From NCBI GenBank assembly GCA_001179505.1, contig CDMY01000311.1, forward strand, positions 62,001-126,000: DNA of 64,000 bases, written 5' to 3'. Both the position numbers and the translations under genes were made by a program. Position 1 is the first letter of the stretch. Each line of letters opens with the position of its first letter. Under the pieces are notes generated by a model. It saw only the letters and a program-made list of their open reading frames with translations, was not told where the DNA came from and did not search any database. The stretch is from Vitrella brassicaformis CCMP3155 (taxonomy: Eukaryota; Protista; Chromerida). Below, one piece after another: positions 48,220 to 59,545 of the stretch.

Positions 48220-51200
48220 GAGTGCGTTGCATGGTTGCGTGTGAGCGGCTGGGTGGGTTTAGGAGGTGGGTATGGTGTCGTACGTACCTTCTGATGTGTC
48301 TGTGTCGATGGTGCGTGACTTCTCTGCCTGTTGCCTGAATGACTCCGGGACGTAGGCGCCCCAGTCGCTGGCCGACAGCTCGCCGTGGCTGCTGGCGCTG
48401 TAGCCAGCTGCAATCCATCCATCCAATCATTGCATCACATACGCGTGTGTGTGTGTGTGTGTGTCCGTGTACCTGACTGCTCTTGTGCTCCAGAAGTCTC
48501 GACGGCCATGGTGGCGGACGACTTGTCGGCTGAACACAAAGACAGACACCAACGCACATATATTTGTAGACACGATAGATGTGTTTGTTGTTCTTTGTTG
48601 TCTGTCTCATGAGTGACGTCAGTCAGTCAGTCAGTCACGTGTGTCGCTTATTTACTTTTCCTGCTGGCCGCGGCCTTTTTCCTGTAGTCGGCGGGCACGT
48701 ACTTGATCCAGTCGGCCGTCGGCAGCTCCCCGTGGAAGTCCTTGCCGTACTCCTTGGACAACAAACTCGTCCCTGAAGACAGACACAGACATAGAGCGGG
48801 GGATGCAGGTCTGTCTGTCTGTCTCCCTGTCTGTCTGTCCGTGTGGGTGTCGGTGTGTATGCGACCTGGAGGGCCAGCGGGGTTCTCGTGTGTCTTCTTT
48901 GCGGCCTCTCTGAAGCCTGGCGGGATGAAGTTCTCGTACCCAGGCATCTCGCCGTGGTTGCTCATACTGTAGCCACCTGTGTGTGTTAACGAGTGTGTGG
49001 ACAGAGAGCATTTGTGGCTGTCTTGGTGTCAGTATGTGTGTGTTGCGGTGGGTACCTGCCTCGCCGCCGCCCATGGGTGGCTGCTCGGGCTGCTCTGGCT
49101 GAGCACCAGTTGCCCCGGGGGCCTGACCCAATGCTGCGCACCGCACACGCATTTACACACACACTCATCCGTAACACACAGGGTGACCGACCGCTGACAC
49201 CGTACCAAACATTGAAGACGGCCCCCCGCCGTAAGTAGGGTCTTCGTGAGTCTTCTTGGCGGCCCCGCGGAACTGCTTTGGGACGAAGTTCTCGAAGCCA
49301 GGCATCTCGCCGTGGCTGCTCATGCCGTATCCACCACCTACACAGACAGACAGACAGACAGACAGAGGCACAGACAGGTATAGAACGGCTCGTACGAGTG
49401 GATACCTGGCTGCTGCTGTTGCTGAACCGCTGCACGTGAGCGACAACAAAGAAGAGAAGAACAAGAAGAAGACAGTCCTTCTGTGTGTGTCTGTGTGTGT
49501 GTGTGTGTGTATGTGTGTATGGGTGAGCGCTGCGTTGCGTACCCAACATGGATGGAGGGCCAGCGGGGTTCTCATGTGTCTTCTTTGCCATGTCCCTGAA
49601 GCCCGGCGGGATGAAGTCCTCGTACCCAGGCATCTCGCCGTGGTTGCTCAGACTGTAGCCGCCTGAAGAAAGATGTCAGTGCGGGTTTGTGTGTTGGGGG
49701 GGGGAATGTGTGTGTTGCGGTGGGTACCTGCCTCGCCGCCGCCCATGGGCGGCTGCTCGGGCTGCTCTGGCTGAGCACCAGGTGCTCCGGGGGCCTGACC
49801 CAATGCTGCGCACACACACACAGACAAAAGACCCATTCACCGACGTGTGTGTGTGTGCAGAGATCTCTCAGACCCTCAGAGCAGGTGACCTACCCAAGAT
49901 TGAGGGCGGGCCAGCGGGGTTCTCGTGTGTCTTCTTGGCCATGTCCCTGAAGCCTGGCGGGATGAACTGGTCGAAGCCAGGCATCTCGCCGTGGTTGCCC
50001 ATGCCGTAACCACCTGCACACAAAGAGATGCATCCGAATGAGGGCGCTCCCTGTGTGCCGGCTGAGTGAGGTACCTCCCGGGAACTGCTGCTGGGGCTGC
50101 TGAGGTTGCTGCAACAGCACACACACACACAGGCACACACACGCACACACACTGACATCAGAGAGAGGACATAACGACACACACATGCACAGCAACGCAC
50201 CTGTGGCTGCTGTGGCTGCTGCGGCTGTTGCGCCTTTTGGGGCTCCTGGGCGAAGAGGCGCACTCTCATTGTGGTGGGTGAGGGCCGGTCCACCGTCAGG
50301 TCGTCCAACAGAGACTCGGAGCTCCATCCCTAGCACACATACACACAGATACAAACACAATAAATGCATCTCTAGGGGGGNNNNNNNNNNNNNNNNNNNN
50401 NNNNNNNNNNNNNNNNNNNNNNNNNNNNNNNNNNNNNNNNNNNNNNNNNNNNNNNNNNNNNNNNNNNNNNNNNNNNNNNNNNNNNNNNNNNNNNNNNNNN
50501 NNNNNNNNNNNNNNNNNNNNNNNNNNNNNNNNNNNNNNNNNNNNNNNNNNNNNNNNNNNNNNNNNNNNNNNNNNNNNNNNNNNNNNNNNNNNNNNNNNNN
50601 NNNNNNNNNNNNNNNNNNNNNNNNNNNNNNNNNNNNNNNNNNNNNNNNNNNNNNNNNNNNNNNNNNNNNNNNNNNNNNNNGGGGGGGGGTTGGCGTCTTG
50701 TCTGTCGGCTCACTCACTCACCATTTCGTCACAGGCCTTGTCAGCCCATGGCTCGACGGTTAGTGCAGCAACGGCCCCGGTCGCGCACACATCGACACTG
50801 CAGACACACACACATGGATGGATGGATGGATGTGTCTATCTGGTGTGGTGTGTGCCTGTCAGACATTATTACCATCCGAGGTTTCGGATGGTAGTGTGTT
50901 TGGGGTGGCAGGTGCACTGTTTGCCGCTCTTATCGCCCGTGCAGTGGTGCTCCTTCCCATCCCCATGGCCGCAGCCGCAGCCTTGCTTCTCGACGGCCTC
51001 GATCAGGTTCACGGGCATCACTGCAGGCAGAGACACCACACACACACACACACACACGAAGTGAGGGAGGGAGGGAGAGAGGGTGGCGTGGGGCACCCAG
51101 ACTGACCGTCAGAAGCGTCGTTGAGGTAGTGTTTGTAGGCGTCGAAGAAGCGGTCTTTGTCGCCGTTGGTGGCGGCGTCCATCATGTCGTTCTGATACCG

Positions 51201-54200
51201 CTGAGCAAGGGACACAAACTGCTCCCATGACACCTCGGTGCCTGCACGACAGACAGACAGACAGACAGACAGAGGGGCATGTGTGTCGTGTGGGGGAGTG
51301 AGTGGTTGGAGGGTGCCGACCAACCGACCGACCCACCGATGAGTATCTGTGACGAGATTTCCTCTGGTGAGGGTTTCTCGTAGACGTCGACCTTGTATCT
51401 GCCTAGGTTGCCCAGATCCACCATGCGGGAGGTCTTGAACTCAGTGTACCTGTCCACCACACACACACACACACACACAGAGACATTGCTGAGTCGGCAC
51501 AAGTGGGTGTGTGGGTGTGTGCTGACCCTTCCTCCTCGCAAGTGCCGCTCTTGAGTGTGCCGAGGCTGAGGGCCAGCACGCGCAGGGTCACATTGAGCTG
51601 CAGACAGTTCTTGGCCACGATGCGGTAGGCAGGCACCACCTGACACACGAACGACACACAAGTACGCCGCAATGCACATACATGCCCTCCCTCTGTGTGT
51701 GTGTGGGTGTGTGGGTGTGTGTGTGTGTGTGGCTGTGACCTCGTCGAGTGGGTCGTCCATGCCGACGAGTATCATCATGCTGTCGAGGGCTGCGGTGGGC
51801 TGGGGGGCCGCAGATGACGTCGATCGCAGAGAGGGCCCTACGGCTGACGTAGTGTGTGTGATCAGGACACAATTCGGCACACAAGTATGGATGGATGGGC
51901 ACAGACGAGAGGGCGTGTGTGTGTGTGTACATTTCTTGGCTTGTCCGAGGAACTGCTTCCAGTCGTTGACGAACTCGTTCCATTTGGCATCTGCATGTGT
52001 GTCATGACACACGCATCGCATCCATCACCCATCCCCACACAGACAGACAGACAGACAGAGAATGGACTGAGTGTACGTAGCTGTCTGCATGGAAGCACAC
52101 ATATATACATGTTTTGTTGGAGAACTCGTTGGCCGCGTTGCCGAACTTGTCCCAGTCGAAGATCTCCTTGCCTGACACACCAAGAAGACAACACACACAC
52201 ACACACACAGATGAGGGCGGCTGGTGAAGCGGTGTGCACTCCGGTCCACCCACCAGATGGGTACATCGCCTTGGTGTCTTGGACCTCTGAAGTGTCGCCC
52301 TCGGGTCTGGTGTAGGTTGCCAGCTTGAAGTCACGACCTCCCAACCTGCACACACACACAGACACACACAGACAGAGAGAGAGACAGAGTCCACACCTGG
52401 TCGATTTGTGTGCATCAGGGTGTGGTGTGTTGTGTGAAGCGCACTTGACTGTGGTGTCTGTCGATGGCTCCGTGAAGCCCACGGCCGAGCACGGACCTGG
52501 CGCACACACACAACCAGGTGGGTGGCTCCCATGGTGGCTGGTGTCGGTATGTGTGTGCAGACCAGACCTCACCCTCATGGAAGACCCCCAGTGAGAGCAT
52601 GACGAGCTTCTTGGGCAGACACGCATCGCCGCACTCCTTGCCTGACACACACGGCGCACAGATGTTGGATGGATGGATGGATGGCAGCAGCCGCATGCAC
52701 CTGCACCTACCAACGATTCTGTGCACCACAATGCACTCATCGTCGGGCTCCTCTGCCACGTCTGCGTCCTCGGTGACCAGCGTGGTGGCGCCGGGGCCGT
52801 TCGTGTCGTCGTCTTTGTCGTGCTCGTGCTCGGGCAGCGCTGCACATCCAACAAACACACAATCCCACAGCACACACACAGACGAAGAGAGGGCGATGTC
52901 GCGACGCATATATATGCTATGCGACAGGGTGGTTCGGTTCGGTTCGTGTGTGTGCAGACATGTGTACATTCTTTGGCCTCGTGGACAAAGTGTGCCCAGT
53001 CCTGCTTGAACTTGTCGAAATTGGTATCTGACGCAGCGCAGGCAGCCACAAAGCAGCGAGCGTCGATGGCGCATGTGTGTAGAGAGAGATACCTACCGAG
53101 CTCTGTGTGTGTGTGTGCGCCTACCGTTCTTGGCGTTGCCGAGGAACTTTTTGGCTGCGTCGGTGAAGCGCTTCAGATCAGGCACGTCCTGCGGCTGTCA
53201 GTCACGCAACCACACACACATGGCCTGGCCCCCGTGTGGTGTGCATCTCTCTCCCTGTGTGGGTGGGTGGGTGGGTGGGTGTGATGTGATGTGTTGCAAT
53301 GCACCTGTTGGGTTTGTTCGACGAGTGTCTGTGTTGAGCCCTCCTGGTCGTAGACCTGCACGTAGTACACGCGAGAGGTGGCGTTGGCGAAACTGACGCA
53401 ACGCACCACCAGACCAACGCACACAACAGAGAGAGAGGTGTTCTTGTGAACACACATATGTGTGCTTGTGTCGGTCGGTGGTGGCTCACGATTCTTTGAT
53501 GAAGTCCTCAGAGATCAGCCTCGTGAAGCCCGCATCACGGCACGTGCCCTGACACACACATATACACATACACACAGGGGATGGATGGATGGAGAGATGG
53601 AATGGAATGCACCTCGCCGTGTGTCTGTGTGTGTCTGGGAGCGGAGTTCGTGTGGGTACCTTACCTGTGGTAGCATAGAGAGGCTTGCGAGTGTGGGCGG
53701 GAGGCAGGCCTCGACGCACTTGGCGCCAGAGACCTTGACGTGCTTGTCGACGGCCACGTGCATCTTGGGACCAGTCACACGCATCACCGGCACACACTTG
53801 CTCTGCACAGCACACATGGCAAGGAGGGAAGGTCGGTGGCCGGACAACACAACAGACATACAGAGAGTGAAGAACATGGTGTGTGCATGCACACCTTGGG
53901 GTCCTCTGCGCGGAGGGCGAACAGCAGGTGGGGCACGGCTGCACGCCACATAAGAGAGAGAGATGGTCAGTGAGTGGTCCGACCCACCGCACTCCATCCC
54001 ACTGACTGGTAGAGATTAGATACGTGTGTGTGTGTGTGTGTGAGGGCATGCGATGCGATGCTTGGCGTACATTTGTATGCGTTGTTGACGAAGTCCTTCC
54101 AGTCGGACACAAACTGATCCCAATCCACATCTGCCAGACGGACAGCCACACACACGCACACACAAGCAACAATCATGCACAGTCGCATGGCATGGATGGC

Positions 54201-54719
54201 GCCTCGAGACACACTTAACTTACACACACACGGATGCGCCTCTCCCCCCCTCCCTGCCTGCGTGTCCCTCCCTCCCTCTGTCTCGTCGGCGGCGCACCAC
54301 ATGCACCTCACGTCGCAGCGCACCGACGCCGCCTGTCTGGAGGTGTCTGTGTCTGCCTGGCCTGCACATACCCTTCTTGGTCTCATTGAGGAAGTGGTGT
54401 GCGGCGTGGAGGAACTTGGTGAAGTTGAGCTGCTTCTGCTGCGGCTGCTCGGGCTGCTCCCCCATAACGGGCTGGTCATTCTGCAGCCGCCGGAGGTGAT
54501 CTCCATCTGCAGACACGCACCGCCCACACGAGGCACATGCACACACACACACACGAGCATCTCGCTAGATAGATGCATGTGTTGATTGCATGTATGTAGT
54601 GCGACCCCCGTGGTTGCCTCACCCTGTGTGTATGGCTGTTGCTGGTGCGCCTCACTGGGCAGTGGTGACGCCGTGAGTGCGAGGATGGCGCCACAGAGGC
54701 AGAGGGCGAGAGATGGCAT
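44638..54719 (-). CDS. Very large secreted modular repeat protein (probably one gene, ~40 exons)
   Basis: Signal peptide MPSLALCLCGAILALTASP at 54719. A chain of short exons follows, with repeated Cys domains, HGEMP repeats, Gly-rich DYSQY repeats and C4C repeats; stop at 44638. Continuity across the 50381-50680 gap is supported by matching phase (DEM|GWSSE). Continuity across ~47400-47950 is less certain. Confidence 0.7.
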
Positions 54720-54909
54720 GGCGACGATGGATCCCCTCCTGTTAGCGACAGGGGATCTGCGGAGAGAAAGAGGGGAGGGAAGGGAAATTGAGCAGTCCAG
54801 CGAGCTTAAAACTGACGATCGCCGCAGTCTCCCTTCAGCCCCTCTGCAGAACGCAGCGAAATTCGCTGGAACGAGAGATGGATCTCAGTTTGACCTGCCT
54901 GTGATCGTC

Positions 54910-57599
54910 ATGCTCCCATCAGTCTTCCTTCCCCCCCTCCCTGGCAGCGTCCCTGCATCACAGGGGGAAGATGAAGAAGGTCAGGAGGAGCATCCGCGGC
55001 GTGCGTCCGATGAGGGCCCCGTCCTCCCTCTTCCCTCGTCCAGCCACACCAACAACCACACCCAGATGACCGTCGACACGGTACACACCACGGGCGGGCA
55101 GTATCGGCGGTCGTCGGCGCCTGCGCTCTTCTATGAGCGGCAGAAGTGGGACGCCGACTCGCCCAAGTCGTTGATGGAGCTGACTAAGGAGGAGCAGGAG
55201 CAGCTGTTGAAGTATGGTTACCCCACGGACAAGTACGAGCCGGACAACGAGCAGGACCGGCTGGCCTGCACCATGACGTATGGCATACTCGACTCACCAC
55301 CAGAGGTACTGTACACAAGAGCGAGCGATACACTACCCTGTCTGTTTGTTTGGATGGATGGATGGATGGATGGATGGATGGACGGCATCACGGCTGGCAG
55401 GAATGTTTTGTGAAGATATGTGAGATCGCGTGCAAATTGCTCAAGGTCCCCAACGCGAGCATCAACATCATCATGAAGGACACACAGGTCTTCTTCACAG
55501 GTAGGTAGGGAGGCAGGCGGGAAGCAGGGGCCGGGGAAGGGGAGGAAGCGGTCTCTACTTCTCTGCAAACCAATACACTAACTACTGCATGTGTTTATTT
55601 GATCGATGGAATGGTTGCCATGCCTGAGCTCAGGAAACATCCCAGGAGGCGAGGAAAGAATCATTCCAAGAGGCGAGTAAGGCCCTTCTCACTTGACCCA
55701 TCTCTGTGCGAGATTGTTCCATCGACCCATCTGTCCACTTTTGCAGATCTGTCTGGTGCGTCCCAAATTGCCGCCATGGCCACTTACACATGCGTGTGTC
55801 GGTGTCTCTGCCTGATTTTCATCCATTGGTTGCCAATGGCTGGTCAGCACTCACACCATCAACTATCGCGAGCCGCTGCTGCTGTACGACTTGCCGTCCG
55901 ACGAGCGCTTCAAGCACAGGGCATATGTCTCGGGCGACCACCAGCCACACATGAAGGTCTATCTGGGGGCACCCATCACCACCTCGGAGCACCACAACAT
56001 CGGTTAGGGCGTGGACAGACAGACAGAGAGAGAGACAGACAGACCCCCGCGCTCCGCCCACTCAGGTGCGTTTTGTGCGTACGACATCAAGCCAAGGCCT
56101 GACCTGGAGCAGAATGAAGACATCAAGGCAACCGCGGGGACACCTAGACAGGCCCGTGGATCCGTGGATCTGTCAATGGCTGCATTCTCTCTCTCTCCCG
56201 CAGACGCTGATGGAGTATTTCGCCATAATGGTGCGCGACCAGCTGGAGCTGCGGCGGCTGGCGCACGCACACCTGGCCGCCCTGCAGCAGAAGGGCGAAC
56301 TGTTAGAGAAGCACCAGATGGTGGTCGAGGTGCTCGAACAGGGCGTGGAGAGCGTGCTGTCTCCTTCCGCCCTGCTCATCCAGCGACTGAAGAATGAAGC
56401 CACCAGACAGTAAATACACGCGGCCCGGGGCACCGCACGTTTGTATACTAAGTCAAGTGACTTGGTCACAGGTATTCCTTTCTGGCCTTGGATGCGGTAC
56501 GCTTTGTCTTGGCGGTAGTGTCGTTCGCTTTGCTGCTGGACTCGGCCATCGACGAGGGCGGCCGGTGGGACTATACCCTCGCCGCCACACTCTACGGCAT
56601 CATCTTTGTGAGCACACAAACAACACAAGGCCGACCCGCCGGCCATTCGTTTGTTCATCGGTGGGTCTGTCCTGTCTGGGTCTTGACGAATGTCAGGTGG
56701 GCGTGTCATTTGGTGTGTGCAAGAGTGTGCTGGCTCGTCTGCGGTTGCTGAAGGAGATCAAGCGACAGCGGACACACGGGAGCAGGTCTTTTTTCTGGCG
56801 GACGCTGCGGCTGGGGTCCCGGCTGGCTTTGGGGTCCCAGAGCTGGGGGCACGACGAGGAACAGCCTCAGGTTCCTGAGGCTGAAGCGAGGAAGGTCGAC
56901 ACAAAGGACATCGACACTCTAGAGGTAGGTGAGGTCCGCTGTGTGGACGGATGGATGGAAGCATGCATGTCTCTGCACACGAATGCAGGAGAAGCTGGAG
57001 ACATGTGAGAGGCAGCTGCTGGAGGCCAAGGCCATGGTGTGGACGGCGCTCCTCGAGGACATGCCATCGGTGTTTGTGCTCTTCTGGATCATCGACTGGT
57101 TTATCATCAGCAAAAAGGTCCGCGCCTGCACTGCAGGCAGACGATAAACAGAGTCTGGTCAGATCCAATACTCCCTCTCTCTGTGTCTGTGCGTGTCGTT
57201 TGTTGGGCTGACGAACTGACTGGCAGGACAGCGAGGAGGTGTTCTCCCGTGGCCTGATGCTGCACCTGGGTGCGGCGCCGCTGCTCCTCGCTCTCCTCTG
57301 CAGCGCCCTGGCCTTCGGCTTCAAGATGTTGCTCGCATTGCGGTACTTCGAGCTCAAAAACGAAAAGGAAGAGGTGCGTGGAAGACCAGCTGCCCAGCCG
57401 GAACGACACAGCACCACACAGAGACATCCATCCATCCATCCGTCCATGCATCCGTCCATCATGTGTGTGCTGTATGTATCTATGGGTGGCGAATGCAATG
57501 CAGCTGCGTCACGAGCTGTTCAGCGACTACGACCCGTCCAAGCTGCAGCTGTCCGAGATACGCATGCGCAAGGAGGGGGAGGCCAAGAAGACGGCCTGA
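54910..57599 (+). CDS. GAF-domain protein with coiled coil and C-terminal multipass membrane region
   Basis: EPDNEQDRLACTMTYGILDSPPE|ECFVKICEIACKLLKVPNASINII...HTINYREPLLLYDLPSDERF...YLGAPITTSEHHNIG|AFCAYD matches the common bacterial GAF consensus. It is followed by QLELRR and about 4 hydrophobic helices; stop at 57597-57599. Confidence 0.8.
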
Positions 57600-58636
57600 C
57601 TGACTGACCACCGGCTGGCTGGCTGCATGACATGGCTCGCCTGCCTACACACGCGACAGACAAGACCTACACACCGGGGGAGGGACGGGGCACGCAATCA
57701 TAGATTGGTAGACAGGTGGCCGGCTAGGTCTTACCTACCTTTGTGAGTCCTTCTGGTTTTATCTTTTGGCCCCCGCACAGTCAGTAAGTACATTACACCA
57801 GTGGGTGCCGTGGGTACACATGACTGACAAGTGTGGGAGGGGTGTGGCGTGGGTTGGTGGTGGGTGAGAGTCAGTTGTTTCTTAATTGAGGTCTAGCTAA
57901 AGACTTGGAAAGGGTGTGTGTATGAACGGTGCGTTGCTTCGTGTCTTGTCGTGAATGCATACAAGTGAGACCCAGTAATGATGTATGTCATGAATGCGTG
58001 TTCTGTTTTGGTCAGTGCATTCACCTCCATCATTTAGTATTCAGTGTTTGTGTGTCTACCGTTCTCTCGCCGGCATGCGACGCGACTTCACTGGCGACCT
58101 CAGACACACAGACAGCCCGACAGGCTGGCCGGCCTCTGTGTGTTTGAGATCCCTCTCCCTCGTCGGCGACAGCCGGCCAAGTAAACTGGGAGAGCACAAG
58201 ACCAAGTAGGAGAGGCAGCACCTAGTTCTTTACATGGACTGACTACATCGCCTACCAGCCCCACCCCTACTCCACTCAGTCAGACACTCAGACACACATT
58301 TCTCTGTTGTGGTCGCTCATCCATCTACAGCGAGTCAGTCAGTCTGTCAGTGATACAAAAAGACTGCACAGTCAGTCAGCGATCCATCCGCCACACCAGC
58401 CAGCCTAGTAGTATGTGTGTCGTCTCCCTCCCTCCCTCTCCCCCTCCCAATTTCAGTCCGTCCGTCTGTCCGCCGTCGACTGAAAAACCGATACGTACAA
58501 ATAAACAAATCTACACAGACCACCCCAATCCAATCAACCGCCGGCAGCAAGTAGCCAAGGCAGCGATTAAGCTAGTGCCAAGCCGCCCCACCCTCCTCAA
58601 GCCATCCATCCATCCATCCATTCATCCAGGGCCTCC

Positions 58637-59326
58637 TCATTCCATTGGTGTGATCTCCTCCTGCTGCCCCAGCGTGTCCATGCCTGTGTCCGAGCGCCCC
58701 AGCCTCAGCTCGGTCACCTCGCGCGTCGCCTCGCCGCCGCCGCCCGTGATGTGGGCCAGCCGCTGAGGTTCGACGGTCAGCGACGCCAGCATGGCCGGCT
58801 GCCGCACCGCCAGCTGCCGGAACTCGCTGAAGTCGATGAACCCGTTGTGGTTGACGTCGGCCTGCCGGAACGTCTCGTCGATGAGCGAGGCGCTGTTGAC
58901 GACTCGCCGAGTGCTGCCGTGGCCCTGCAGGGAGGCCTCCACGAGCTGCGCCAGCTCCTCCCGCGAGATCTGCCCATCCCCGTCGATGTCATAGATGCGG
59001 AAGGCCAGCTTGACCTTCTCGTCGAGTGAGCCGAGGCCGAGCACCGAGAGGCCGTTGAGGTACTCGCGGAAGTTGAGGACGCCGTCGCCATTCGTGTCGA
59101 AGACCCGGAAGATCTGTCGTGAGAGCTCGTTGCTGCCGTCCATGCCGATGGCGCAGCAGAATTCCCCCAGGTCGATGACGCCATCGTCCTCGCCGATGGC
59201 CGAGAGCTGCCGGAAGTGGTGAAAGATGCTCAGCACCTGGTCGGCCGTGAAGTGCGTCTCGTCGGCGAACAGCTTCAGCTCACTGGTCGTCAACCCAGTC
59301 TTGGGACGCGATATGCCAATTCCCAT
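58637..59326 (-). CDS. Calcineurin B-like (CBL-type) EF-hand calcium sensor, intronless, N-terminal MG
   Basis: MGIGISRPK; EF1 with the long CBL-type loop SAIGEDDGVIDLGEF; canonical loops DTNGDGVLNFRE, DIDGDGQISREE and DVNHNGFIDFSE. Confidence 0.88.
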   Translation of the reverse strand: MGIGISRPKTGLTTSELKLFADETHFTADQVLSIFHHFRQLSAIGEDDGVIDLGEFCCAIGMDGSNELSRQIFRVFDTNGDGVLNFREYLNGLSVLGLGSLDEKVKLAFRIYDIDGDGQISREELAQLVEASLQGHGSTRRVVNSASLIDETFRQADVNHNGFIDFSEFRQLAVRQPAMLASLTVEPQRLAHITGGGGEATREVTELRLGRSDTGMDTLGQQEEITPME

Positions 59327-59545
59327 CGGCCGCGCGGCCACACGATGTCATCCTGCACACATGCGCCGCTGCCGATGCCGCCGTCAGCTGTTGACTGCAG
59401 TCAGCGAAGGCGGCAGCGGCGATGCTCTCGAAGCTCGAGGCCAGGACTGCCTGACGGCAAAACAAACCATGCCGCATGACAATGATAGGAGTGGCTGAGG
59501 TCCGCTCACACCTCTGTGTGTTCTGTGTGTTCGATGATGAGTGGA

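Noticed and set aside
27209-59326. UNC119 in the same window as two MG-start proteins (IQ protein, CBL), suggesting a myristoyl-trafficking cluster
   Set aside because: The genes are kilobases apart with unrelated genes between them, and MG starts are common. There is no evidence of clustering.
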